A DNA stretch of 52,865 bases from Pseudomonadota bacterium (lineage in GTDB: Bacteria > Pseudomonadota > Gammaproteobacteria > Steroidobacterales > JBCAXP01): the NCBI GenBank assembly GCA_038533995.1, contig JBCAXP010000001.1, positions 1 through 52,865 of the forward strand, in the 5' to 3' direction. Positions within the stretch are counted from its first letter, which is position 1, and each line of letters opens with the position of its first letter. This document shows positions 1 through 10,090 of the stretch, one piece after another. Both the position numbers and the translations under genes were made by a program. The notes below the pieces were generated by a model, which did no database searches, was not told where the DNA came from, and saw only the letters and a list, made by a program, of their open reading frames with translations.

Positions 1-1126
1 ATCGCACTGCTTCGTACAGCTCGACATAGTGCTTCGCCACGGCAGGCCAGGCAAACGCCCGGGCCTCCTCGACACACTGATCACTGATTGCCGGCAAGCG
101 CGCGGCAAGTGCGCTAATGGCGGAGGCCACGCTGCCAGCATCGCCGGGGTCGGCAGCCTCGGCCACCGTGCCCGGCGGAAAATAGCCGTCTACACCCTGC
201 CCGACGCTATGCACCACCGGCAGCCCTTGCGACAGGGCCTCTACGTACGTCAGACCAAAGGTCTCCCGGTGGGACGGCATCACAAAGAGATCGTGGTCGC
301 GATACGCGCGCATCAGCCGCTCGCGATCGTCGATGCGCCCGGTGCGGGTTGCCCAAGGATAGCGGCCGGTCGCGAGCAAGTCGTCTACCTCCTGTTCGCC
401 ATCGCCCCCGGCGCCAACCAGCGTCAGCTGAACCTCTGCTTCGCTGGCGATCATCTCGGCGGCGCGAAGAGTCGTTGGCACATTCTTGTTCTTCGTGAAG
501 CCCCCGACAAACAGGAGCCGCAGCCGCTCGCCGTCGTATGTTTTGCGGGGCGAGCCGTCGTGGAGCCACTGAGTGTCAATGCCATTGGGAATCACGTGGC
601 ATTTTCCGGCCAGCGGTTCGCGCAGTTCCGCCGGCATCCTGTCAAGCAGCCTGTCCCGATAGACCGGGTTCAGGAAAACCACCGCCTCGGCGTGGCGCAG
701 AATCTCCCGCCCCAGTGGCAGGAGATCCGGCCGGTACTTCATGAAGAAGTTGATGTCGGTGTTGCGCACGGCCACGAGGTAGCGCAGGCCGTGTTGCTGC
801 CTGAGCTTCAGGGCGACTGCACCGTCGCTGAACAGGAAGTGCGCGTGGGCAACGTCAAAGGCCGATGGCTCCACGGCAGACAGCAGGTCCTGGCGAACCG
901 TTGCAATCTTGCGCCCGAACAGCACCCGGTGGTACTTGCGGAGAATGTGCGAGTAGCGAAACTCGGTTTTCTTCAGCGACCGGTTGCGATGACGGTCGAG
1001 TTCCTGGCGGGTGCGAACCGGCACGTACACGAACTGTTCGACGCCGAACTTCTCGTCGAGCATTGATACCAGGTCGTTGTACAGCGTCTGCTGCGCATAC
1101 CCGGAACAGACGTGCAGAACCTTCAC
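1..1126 (-). CDS. Glycosyltransferase, GT4 family (GT-B fold); C-terminus lies beyond the left window edge
   Basis: Absent from the ORF track because it has no stop codon in the window. The reverse strand read from GTG at 1126 gives MKVLHVCSGYAQQTLYNDLV. At 298 in the same frame it gives DHDLFVMPSHRETFGLTYVEA, the GT1/GT4 acidic motif region. The reading ends ...VAKHYVELYEAVR at the edge. The + ORF 29..1066 is its shadow. Confidence 0.8.
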   Translation of the reverse strand, partial: MKVLHVCSGYAQQTLYNDLVSMLDEKFGVEQFVYVPVRTRQELDRHRNRSLKKTEFRYSHILRKYHRVLFGRKIATVRQDLLSAVEPSAFDVAHAHFLFSDGAVALKLRQQHGLRYLVAVRNTDINFFMKYRPDLLPLGREILRHAEAVVFLNPVYRDRLLDRMPAELREPLAGKCHVIPNGIDTQWLHDGSPRKTYDGERLRLLFVGGFTKNKNVPTTLRAAEMIASEAEVQLTLVGAGGDGEQEVDDLLATGRYPWATRTGRIDDRERLMRAYRDHDLFVMPSHRETFGLTYVEALSQGLPVVHSVGQGVDGYFPPGTVAEAADPGDAGSVASAISALAARLPAISDQCVEEARAFAWPAVAKHYVELYEAVR

Positions 1127-1156
1127 GCGCCCGCGAGCTTGCGCTGCCACACGAGG

Positions 1157-2275
1157 CTAGGCAGCTGCGAGCAGTGCATCGATCACGCGGGTTACCTCTG
1201 CGTCCTCGAGATAGGGATGCATCGGCAGGCTGAACACCTCCGCGGAAACCTGTTCCGCCACCGGGCAGGCCCCGGCGCCGCTACTGAAATCGGCAAAGGC
1301 CGGCTGCAGGTGCAGCGGCGTAGCGTAGTAGACGGCCGTCGGAATGCCGGCTTCCTTGAGCTGGCCCTGGAAAAATTCGCGGCTCTTGCCCCGTGACCGG
1401 ATGGTGTACTGCGCCCAGGCCGAGCGGTAGCCTGATGGGATCAGGGGTGTCACGAACGTTTCCGAAAGGGCTTCGGTGTAGCGGTCGGCAACGGCGTTGC
1501 GCGCCTCGATTTCTTCCGTGAATACGCTGAGCTTGCCGTTGAGTACCGCTGCCTGGAGGCTGTCCAGGCGGCTGTTCATGCCAATTCGAACGTTGTTGTA
1601 CTTGTCCTTGCCCTGTCCGTGCTGGCGAAGGGAGCGAATCACCTCCGCCAGGTCGTCATTGGGGGTAAACAGTGCGCCTCCGTCGCCGTAACAGCCGAGA
1701 GGTTTGGCCGGAAAGAAACTGGTGGTCGCAATGTCGCCGAAACTGCACGCCATTCGGCCGCCGAGCGAACCGCCAAACGACTGCGCGCCGTCCTCGATAA
1801 GATACAGCCCTTGTGAGCTGGCAATGTCCGAAATAGCGTCGTAATCGGCCGGCAGTCCGAACAGATCCACTGTAATGATCGCCTTGAGGTCCGGCCCGCC
1901 CGCCTCGCTGTGGCTGGCTATGGCCTTCTCAATGGCGGCCGGGTCGATGTTGTAGCTGCGCTCATCGATATCTACGAACACAGGCACCGCGCCGACCAGT
2001 CGCACCGCTTCCGCGGTGGCAAAGAATGTGAAGGTCGGCACGATTACAGCATGGCCCGGACCGATGTCCAGCGCCATCAATGCAAGCACCAGTGCATCTG
2101 TGCCGTTGGCACAGCCGATGGCGTGCGCGGTGCCGGCAGTTTGAGCAAGCCGCGTCTCCAGCTGCGCGACTTCCGGTCCGTTGATGTACTTGCCGTGCTC
2201 GAGCACGGCCTTGATGCCGGTATCGATGTCCTGCTGGATGCGCCGGTACTGACGCTCCAGGTCTACATACTTCAT
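1157..2275 (-). CDS. wbpE: UDP-2-acetamido-2-deoxy-3-oxo-D-glucuronate aminotransferase (DegT family, WbpE-like)
   Basis: [36 protein letters not shown]...CANGTDAL...[16 protein letters not shown]...[10 protein letters not shown] aligns from memory along its full length with P. aeruginosa WbpE. An ATGA overlap joins it to the upstream wbpD-like gene. Confidence 0.9.
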   Translation of the reverse strand: MKYVDLERQYRRIQQDIDTGIKAVLEHGKYINGPEVAQLETRLAQTAGTAHAIGCANGTDALVLALMALDIGPGHAVIVPTFTFFATAEAVRLVGAVPVFVDIDERSYNIDPAAIEKAIASHSEAGGPDLKAIITVDLFGLPADYDAISDIASSQGLYLIEDGAQSFGGSLGGRMACSFGDIATTSFFPAKPLGCYGDGGALFTPNDDLAEVIRSLRQHGQGKDKYNNVRIGMNSRLDSLQAAVLNGKLSVFTEEIEARNAVADRYTEALSETFVTPLIPSGYRSAWAQYTIRSRGKSREFFQGQLKEAGIPTAVYYATPLHLQPAFADFSSGAGACPVAEQVSAEVFSLPMHPYLEDAEVTRVIDALLAAA

Positions 2276-2859
2276 TCGCCTTCCTCGCTGACGCGGCGAA
2301 GCATGCCGCCCTCCAGCCTGTACTGTTGCCCGGTGTGCTCGCAGCGCGCAAGACCGTCGCCTTGCACGGGCAGGTCAAGCCGTTCGCCAAATTCACTGAT
2401 CCAGCCGACCTGGCGGGCCGGTACTCCCACCATCATGGCGTAATCGGGTACGTCGGCCCGAATGACCGCACCGGCACCGACAAAGGCAAAGCGGCCGATG
2501 CTCACGCCGCACACGATGGTGCAGTTGGCGCCAAGGGTTGCTCCCTTGCGCACCAGGGTGTCCCGATACTCGTCTTTGCGGGACACCGCCGACCGCGGGT
2601 TGTAGACGTTGGTGAACACCATGCTTGGGCCACAGAACACATCGTCTTCGAGCGTCACGTTGTCGTAAACCGACACGTTGTTCTGAATCTTGACGTTGTT
2701 GCCAATGGCAACCTTGTTGCCCACAAAGACGTTCTGCCCAAGTGAACAGTCATTGCCGATTCGGGCGCCGCTACAAATGTGCACCCAGTGCCAGACCCGC
2801 GTGCCTTCGCCAAGCTGTGCACCGTCGTCAACAATTGCCGACTCGTGAATCGAGGCCAT
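2272..2859 (-). CDS. wbpD: UDP-2-acetamido-3-amino-2,3-dideoxy-glucuronate N-acetyltransferase (left-handed beta-helix, WbpD-like)
   Basis: [29 protein letters not shown]...NVFVGNKV...[33 protein letters not shown]...[13 protein letters not shown]...[11 protein letters not shown] closely matches the WbpD pattern. Confidence 0.9.
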   Translation of the reverse strand: MASIHESAIVDDGAQLGEGTRVWHWVHICSGARIGNDCSLGQNVFVGNKVAIGNNVKIQNNVSVYDNVTLEDDVFCGPSMVFTNVYNPRSAVSRKDEYRDTLVRKGATLGANCTIVCGVSIGRFAFVGAGAVIRADVPDYAMMVGVPARQVGWISEFGERLDLPVQGDGLARCEHTGQQYRLEGGMLRRVSEEGE

Positions 2860-2883
2860 TGCTACTCCTTTGCAGCCGCTACG

Positions 2884-3834
<951 letters not shown>

Positions 3835-3900
3835 TTACTCCATTACCACGTTGTTGAAAGCGCCCCAGGCGGCGTCATGACCGGCCGCCGGCGCTTGAAA

Positions 3901-5127
3901 TCATGCGTATTCTGACACAGCCCGCGCAAGGACCTCTTCCAGCGCCTGCCCATGGCTGTCGCGGGAGAACCGGGTTCGCGCCAGGTTGCTGGCAATTTCC
4001 GAGGCTTCGCGCATCCACTTTTCGTCGCTAAGCTTCGCCAGCAGTTGCCGCGCCGCCTGCTCGTGGTTCTTTGCGTCGAGAATCACGCCGCCGCCTTCGT
4101 CGCTCACAAGCTGTGCCTGCCAGCCGTCGTAGTTGGCCGCCACCGGGCGTCCGGCGGCCATGGTGTCGAAATACTTGTTCTGGGTGGCGTCCTTCCAGAT
4201 GAATCGAGGGCCGGTCACCAGCGCTATGGACATGCTCGACGCGCAGAACCACGGCACAACCTGCGCCTTGGGCATCCTGTCGAACATGAAAAAGTTTTTA
4301 TCGAGCACGTTGAGTTCCTGCGCGAGCGCCCGAATCTTGGGCGCTTCGGCGCCGCCGCCGATCACCACGAAACGAACCTCGGGATCGAGCTCCAGCATGT
4401 GGCCTGCAACGCGCACGAGATAGTCGACGGCATTAACGCGCCCAAGGGTGCCGATGTAGCTGACGAGCGGCCTGTCTTGCAGCCATTCGTTCTTCGCGCG
4501 AAGCGCCTCGACCTCGCCCTCGCGGTTTTGAAACAGCTCCAGGTCGCAGCCATTGGGAATCACTGTGACCTTGTCAGCGGGATAACCGCTCTTCACGACC
4601 TCTTCTTTCATACCCGGCGCCAGCGCGACAATTTCCGTGGAACTCTGGTATGCCTTGTTCTCAAGCCATAGCGCCAGGAATTTCAGCACCGGGTTCTTCA
4701 ACACGCCGAGCGCAATCGGCACCGCGGGCCACAGGTCCCGCACCTCGAACACCATCGGGATGCGATTGCGCCGAATGGCATACATCGCCGGCACGGCAAT
4801 TGTCAGTGGAGTACTGGTAGCGAACACCACGTCGCCGCCAAGTGAGGCGGCTTTGCGCGATGCTGCCACGGCGAACTTCAGGAAGGCGCGCGTACGTTGG
4901 AGAAACGACATCTTGTTGCTGTAGGGCACCGGAAACCAGTGCACGTTGATGCCGGCCTCGTCGCTTACGTGCCAGTCGCTGCCGGTGGCATGGAGCCCGT
5001 CCCGATCCGACGTGACCATATGCACTTCATGACCCATGGCGACGAGCCGCCGGGCGAGCTCGTAAGAGCGCGTGGCGCCGGCCATATCGGGCGTATTGAA
5101 GTACTGGTGCAGGTAAATAATTTTCAT
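3901..5127 (-). CDS. Glycosyltransferase, GT4 family (WbuB-like)
   Basis: The track ORF is 3901..5193. The preferred start is ATG at 5127, giving MKIIYLHQYFNTPDMAGATRSYELARRLVAMGHEVHMVT, a typical WbuB-like N-terminus. Confidence 0.85.
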   Translation of the reverse strand: MKIIYLHQYFNTPDMAGATRSYELARRLVAMGHEVHMVTSDRDGLHATGSDWHVSDEAGINVHWFPVPYSNKMSFLQRTRAFLKFAVAASRKAASLGGDVVFATSTPLTIAVPAMYAIRRNRIPMVFEVRDLWPAVPIALGVLKNPVLKFLALWLENKAYQSSTEIVALAPGMKEEVVKSGYPADKVTVIPNGCDLELFQNREGEVEALRAKNEWLQDRPLVSYIGTLGRVNAVDYLVRVAGHMLELDPEVRFVVIGGGAEAPKIRALAQELNVLDKNFFMFDRMPKAQVVPWFCASSMSIALVTGPRFIWKDATQNKYFDTMAAGRPVAANYDGWQAQLVSDEGGGVILDAKNHEQAARQLLAKLSDEKWMREASEIASNLARTRFSRDSHGQALEEVLARAVSEYA

Positions 5128-5611
5128 CGGATGCAGGAAGATCTGTTTCGAACGCGGCCTGGCGTGGAGCCGCCATCGCCGGCCGCCGACCAACGCCTGG
5201 CGCTCAACTGGCGGTGTGAAAGAGATGTGCGGAGCGATGGAGATTAGCGGCTCACCGGCGCCCCGGTTCGCGGGCGAAGAGTGCTCTCCAGTTGAGTCAA
5301 TCGCTCCGTCCGGGCCGCGATTCTATACGGAGTCGATATTCGGTGGCAAAGCCGGGTTGTTCAGTTAGGTGACTTGCTGCCGACGGCAACAGGCTGCCAG
5401 CAGTACGGCTTGGGGGTGGGTGGCAATGCCGATTGCAAAAAAACATCCCATGCCATGCGGCCGCGCGGAACGCCGTATGCCGTTTCCGGTCGAAATGCCC
5501 GGTTCAGGCCTGAATCCCGCAGGCAGGTAGTTCGATGATCACCGAGGAAACGTTTATACTCTGCCGGTTCTGGACTCGCCTGCTCCTGGCACGCGCGCAA
5601 CCCGCTGGTCC

Positions 5612-7183
5612 ATGCCAAGCTTCAATGGCAAGAGAAATACTCGAAAAAACAGTATGTTAGTTGCTTTCTTTCGTACCTGGCCGTGGTTGCGGCAGCACGC
5701 GCGTGCGGCGGTGATTGTCGCCGCGCCGGCGCTGTGCGCAGGGCTTGCGTTGCCCATCGTTGCGTCGGCTGAGCCCTGGGCCGCGCCTGGCGACGTCATG
5801 CTGCGATACGACATCGAGTTTCTCGCCGACAGCGGTGCGATCAATATACCGGTGACCACCTGGCCGATGAGCTGGGGCAATATTGCGAAGGCCTTAAACA
5901 GCGTCCCGGCCGAGCAACTCGACAACCCCGCGATTGCCAGCGTGGTGTCCCGGCTCGAAGAGCGCGTTGCCGTCGAAACCGCCTGGGGCTCCATCCGGGG
6001 GGAGTACCGGGTGTCGGCATCGGAAACGCAACGCCCGATCCGGTCCTTCGAAAACACCCCACGCGGCAACGGGGAGGCAAGCGTTGCCTTCGGCTACACG
6101 GGTATGCGGTTTGCCACCCGCCTCGAAATGACAGCCGTCGCAGAGGGTGGTGACGATCAGAGTTTCCGCTTCGACGGGTCCTATGCCGGCTTCGCGCTCG
6201 GTAACACCATGGTCTCCGTCGGTCTGCAGGACAAATGGTGGGGGCCAGGATGGGAAAGCACGCTGGGCCTGTCGACCAGCGCACGGCCGGTCGCCGGGGT
6301 GATGCTTCAGCGTAACGTTACCGACCCTGCCGAGATCAAGTGGCTACGCTGGATCGGCCCGTGGCGGGCCAGCGTATTCATGGGAAATCTCGAGGGCGAT
6401 CGCGCGGTTCCTGATCCCTACCTGTTCGGCGCCAGGTTCGCGTTTCGGCCGATAAAGAGCCTTGAGATCGGTCTTAGCCGCACCGCTCAGTGGGGTGGTG
6501 AAGGCCGCCCTGAGACCTTCGACAGCTTCCTCGACATGCTGTTCGGCAGGGACAACGCCGGCGAAGTGGATCGCGACGAGGAGCCAGGCAACCAGCTCGC
6601 TGGCTACGACTGGCGCTGGACTGCGCTTCGCGGCTCGCGGCCCCTGGTGTTCTACGGCCAGCTCATGGGCGAGGACGAGGCCGGTGGCTTGCCGAGCCGC
6701 TTCCTGGGTCAGTTGGGTTTGTCCACGACCGGGCGCTGGGGTGACGCCGGCGCCGGTTACCGCTTGTACCTGGAATTTTCCGATACAACCTGCCAGTTTC
6801 ACGAATCAAGCCGAATATACAATTGTGCGTATGCCAGTAGCCTGTACCCGGACGGTTACCGCTACCGGCAGCGCCCCATCGGTCACTCGACTGATGCCGA
6901 CTCGCGCCAGGTGGCCTTTGGGGGCACCTTCATTGACTCGCGTTCGCGGCGTTACACTGCGAGCCTGCGGGTTGCCGAGTTGAATCGCGGTGGCAGCCCG
7001 GAACCGGAGAATTTTCTCACCCCTGTGAAACAGGACTACGTGGCACTTGATACCAGTCATGAGAGGGACTTCCTGGACGGCGTGCTGAGCGTCGGCCTCG
7101 GTTTCCAGTCCCTGGAGACGCCGTCGGAGAACACCAGTAGTGAAGACGTACTGGCGTTCATCAACTGGCGCAGCCATCGCTAA
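5612..7183 (+). CDS. wzi: Capsule assembly protein Wzi family (outer-membrane beta-barrel)
   Basis: A signal peptide (...ALPIVASA/EP) is followed by GDVMLRYDIEFLADSGAINIPVTTWPMSWGNI, the Wzi-family N-terminal signature. The alternative start is ATG at 5654. Confidence 0.75.
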   Translation: MPSFNGKRNTRKNSMLVAFFRTWPWLRQHARAAVIVAAPALCAGLALPIVASAEPWAAPGDVMLRYDIEFLADSGAINIPVTTWPMSWGNIAKALNSVPAEQLDNPAIASVVSRLEERVAVETAWGSIRGEYRVSASETQRPIRSFENTPRGNGEASVAFGYTGMRFATRLEMTAVAEGGDDQSFRFDGSYAGFALGNTMVSVGLQDKWWGPGWESTLGLSTSARPVAGVMLQRNVTDPAEIKWLRWIGPWRASVFMGNLEGDRAVPDPYLFGARFAFRPIKSLEIGLSRTAQWGGEGRPETFDSFLDMLFGRDNAGEVDRDEEPGNQLAGYDWRWTALRGSRPLVFYGQLMGEDEAGGLPSRFLGQLGLSTTGRWGDAGAGYRLYLEFSDTTCQFHESSRIYNCAYASSLYPDGYRYRQRPIGHSTDADSRQVAFGGTFIDSRSRRYTASLRVAELNRGGSPEPENFLTPVKQDYVALDTSHERDFLDGVLSVGLGFQSLETPSENTSSEDVLAFINWRSHR

Positions 7184-7211
7184 CGATAACCAGTAGGCAA
7201 TTTACATTCCG

Positions 7212-9917
7212 ATGCGAATCGACTCTTCCACACTGCAGCGATTGCGTTACTGTCTGATGACAGTCGTGGCGGCCTGCGCCCTGCTGACCTGGGCGTCATC
7301 AGGTGCGCAGAACCTCACTCCCCAGCAGCTCCAGCAGCTGCGAAACCTGACGCCGGAGCAGCGCGCCGCCATTGAGCGCATTCTCGGTGGTGACACTAGC
7401 GAGGTCGGCGAATCCAGCTCGCCGGACGCGGAGTCGGAGCTGCAGCCCGAACCCGGGCTGGCCGAGCCCGACTTCGAGGAAGAGACCGGCGAACAGGTTC
7501 TGGAGCCGGGAAGCACCGTGGTTATACAACTCATTCCCCCGGAAGAACTGGAGATCGAGCACGAGGGTTTCGCGCGCGCGATGGGGTCGCGAATGTACGA
7601 CCTCGACCGTGAGGGTGCCATCGAGCTGCCCGGCATCGGGCGTATCACGCTTGCCGGGCTGACCGCTCAGCAGGTGGTTGTGCGGCTGTATTCCGAGCCC
7701 AAGCTCGCCGATTTCCTGATCGAGGCGAGCATTCTGCCGATCGTTCCCACGGGTACGGATTCGCTCGAAGTATTCGGCCTCAGCCTGTTTGAAGGCACGC
7801 CCACAACGTTCGCCCCGGCGTCGGACATGCCGGTTCCCGCCGACTACGTGGTGGGTCCGGGGGACACCGTTGTTGTGCGCCTTTTCGGAAAACAGGACGC
7901 CAGTTACGAACTCGATGTGGGTCGCGACGGGGCGATCACCATTCCCGGTAGCGGCCCGTATGCCGTGTCTGGCATGCAGTTCCAGCAGCTTCGGGACGAG
8001 ATCATCGCGCGTGTCGAGCGGGAGATAATCGGCGCGAGCGCCACCGTGGCGATGGGCGAACTCCGGTCGATTCGGGTTTTTGTGCTGGGTGATGTCAACC
8101 AACCCGGGTCGTACACCGTTAGTGGTCTAGCAACGATGACCAACGCGCTGTTCGTCAGTGGCGGCCTTCTGCCTTCGGGCTCGCTTCGGGACGTTCAGCT
8201 AAAACGCAAAGGCAGGATCGTGAGCCGCCTGGATCTTTACGACCTACTGCTTCGTGGCAACACGAGTGCAGACGCAACGCTCGAACCGGGGGACGTCATC
8301 TTCGTGCCGCCGGCGGGCAGTCAGGTTGCGATTTTCGGAGAGGTCCGCAGGCCCGCAATCTACGAGCTGCGCACGGAGCGTACCCTCGCGCAGGCGGTGC
8401 AGCTGGCAGGCGGCACGCTGCCGTCGGCGCTTCGCACCGAGGTGCGCATCGAGCGCTTCACCGGGGGGGATGGGCTCAACGTGGTCACCACCAGCCTTGC
8501 CGACAGCAAGGACCTGGCGCTGGAAGCCGGCGACGCGGTTTCCATCTTCACGGCGCTGGACGTGCTGAACGAAGCGGTGACCCTGGGCGGTCATGTATTG
8601 CGTTCGGGCCCCAGGCAGTGGCGGCCGGGCATGCGCCTTACTGACCTCGTCCGGTCGCCTGCCTTGCTGAAGCCCGAAGCAGACCTCAACTACCTGCTTG
8701 TCAGGCGCCTCGTGGGGCCGGACCGTCACGTGGAGCTGTTGTCGGCCAATCTTACGGCGGCGCTTGCGGCGCCAGGTTCGGACGACGACACGCTGCTCAT
8801 GCCGCGCGACGAGATCACCGTGTTTTCGATTGCCGCCGACCGCGCCGCCCGCATTCAGCCGAAACTCGACATGGCCATCAAGTACGCAAGCCCTGATCGC
8901 CCGGCGTATGTCGCATCCATCGGCGGCCGGGTTCGTGCTCCCGGTGACTATCCGCTGGAGAAGGGCATGCGCGTGAGCGACCTGGTGCGTGCGGCCGGCA
9001 GCCTGCGGGAAAACGCGTACGTGCAGAGCGCCGAGCTGACCCGCTACTACGTGCTGGACGGCGGCGAACGACGCGAGGCCGAGCACCAGGTGTTCGACTT
9101 GGCCGCCGCGCTGGCGGGTGATCCGACTCACGATGTGGTGCTGGAACCCTACGACTACGTAAACATCCGCGAGATTCCGCTGTGGCGCGACCAGGAAACG
9201 CTGGAGATTGTTGGTGAGGTCAAGTTCCCCGGCACCTACACCATTCGCCGTGGCGAGTACCTGAGTGCCGCCATCGAGCGCGCCGGTGGGCTTACGGGGC
9301 TGGCGTTTCCGGAGGGCAGCGTTTTTCTTCGCGAGGACCTGAAAGAGCGCGAGCGCGAACAGCTGCGGCGCCTTGCCGAGCGGGTGCGCACCGAACTCAG
9401 CGCGCTGCCCCAGGACAACCAGGTGGCCCGCAGCGATGCGGAGCAACTGCTGACCCAGCTCGAAGAAACCGAGCCGCAGGGGCGGCTGGTCATTGACTTG
9501 AATCGGTTGCTTGTTCAGCAGGGCAACACGACGGTAGATATTCTGCTCGAGAACGGCGACCAGCTGTACATTCCGCCGCGCAGCCAGGAAGTGACCGTTA
9601 TCGGCGAAGTGCAATACGCAACTTCCCACATATACACGCCAGGCCTGGCGCGGGATTCATACATCGTGAAAAGTGGAGGCATGACGGCCAACGCTGACGA
9701 GCAGCGGGTGTACGTCGTGCGTGCCAACGGTGACGTGATTTCGAGGAGTGGCTCGCGCTGGTTCAGCAAGGCTCAGGCAAACGATGAAATCCGGCCTGGC
9801 GACACCATCGTGGTCCCGCTGGACGCCGACCGCATCGGCAGCCTTGCCCTCTGGCAGAGCGTTACCCAGATCGTCTACAACATCGGCGTTGCGGCGGCTG
9901 CCGTGGCGTCGTTCTAG
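7212..9917 (+). CDS. Outer-membrane polysaccharide export (OPX, Wza-like) protein with multiple SLBB-type repeats
   Basis: It has a signal peptide. A Poly_export-like core reads VVGPGDTVVVRLFGKQDASYELDVGRDGAITIPGSGPYAVSGMQFQQLRDEI. Modules of the form LxxGDxIxVP recur across its 901 aa. Confidence 0.85.
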   Translation: MRIDSSTLQRLRYCLMTVVAACALLTWASSGAQNLTPQQLQQLRNLTPEQRAAIERILGGDTSEVGESSSPDAESELQPEPGLAEPDFEEETGEQVLEPGSTVVIQLIPPEELEIEHEGFARAMGSRMYDLDREGAIELPGIGRITLAGLTAQQVVVRLYSEPKLADFLIEASILPIVPTGTDSLEVFGLSLFEGTPTTFAPASDMPVPADYVVGPGDTVVVRLFGKQDASYELDVGRDGAITIPGSGPYAVSGMQFQQLRDEIIARVEREIIGASATVAMGELRSIRVFVLGDVNQPGSYTVSGLATMTNALFVSGGLLPSGSLRDVQLKRKGRIVSRLDLYDLLLRGNTSADATLEPGDVIFVPPAGSQVAIFGEVRRPAIYELRTERTLAQAVQLAGGTLPSALRTEVRIERFTGGDGLNVVTTSLADSKDLALEAGDAVSIFTALDVLNEAVTLGGHVLRSGPRQWRPGMRLTDLVRSPALLKPEADLNYLLVRRLVGPDRHVELLSANLTAALAAPGSDDDTLLMPRDEITVFSIAADRAARIQPKLDMAIKYASPDRPAYVASIGGRVRAPGDYPLEKGMRVSDLVRAAGSLRENAYVQSAELTRYYVLDGGERREAEHQVFDLAAALAGDPTHDVVLEPYDYVNIREIPLWRDQETLEIVGEVKFPGTYTIRRGEYLSAAIERAGGLTGLAFPEGSVFLREDLKEREREQLRRLAERVRTELSALPQDNQVARSDAEQLLTQLEETEPQGRLVIDLNRLLVQQGNTTVDILLENGDQLYIPPRSQEVTVIGEVQYATSHIYTPGLARDSYIVKSGGMTANADEQRVYVVRANGDVISRSGSRWFSKAQANDEIRPGDTIVVPLDADRIGSLALWQSVTQIVYNIGVAAAAVASF

Positions 9918-10090
9918 GCCGGCTCGTGCACTCGCAAAAACACTGCGGCAGTGCGCTGAGAGGCATTTTTTGAACGCTTGAGTGCGATATTTGTTCTTAA
10001 AGCAACACTTTAGCAAAGCATCGCAACATTATGTATACTTCGACCCGCCATTGATGGCCGCCGGGACTATGCGCCCGCGACAGAGCCGAA

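Noticed and set aside
29-1066. 345-aa + strand ORF at the left edge
   Set aside because: The sequence is Arg/Ala/Gly-rich with no motifs. It lies exactly opposite an edge-truncated minus-strand GT4 glycosyltransferase whose translation shows clear family motifs, so it is a GC-rich shadow ORF.
5128-5611. Search for a JUMPstart/ops element (GGCGGTAG) and small genes in the 484-bp divergent intergenic region; the 85-aa ORF 5361..5618
   Set aside because: Only near-matches were found (GGCGGTGTG, GGCAGGTAG). The 85-aa ORF has no RBS or recognisable features. It is left as a promoter region without a specific call.
8244-9629. 461-aa minus-strand ORF inside the OPX gene
   Set aside because: This is an opposite-strand shadow with low-complexity Arg/Ala/Gln/Val composition. 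The + strand gene has recognisable Poly_export/SLBB-like sequence. The same reasoning applies to 7299..8102.
9937-9990. Possible hairpin/T-run after the OPX gene (CACTGC-g-GCAGTG ... CATTTTTT)
   Set aside because: The stem is 6 bp with a 1-nt loop and the T-run is displaced by about 15 nt. It is not a convincing intrinsic terminator.
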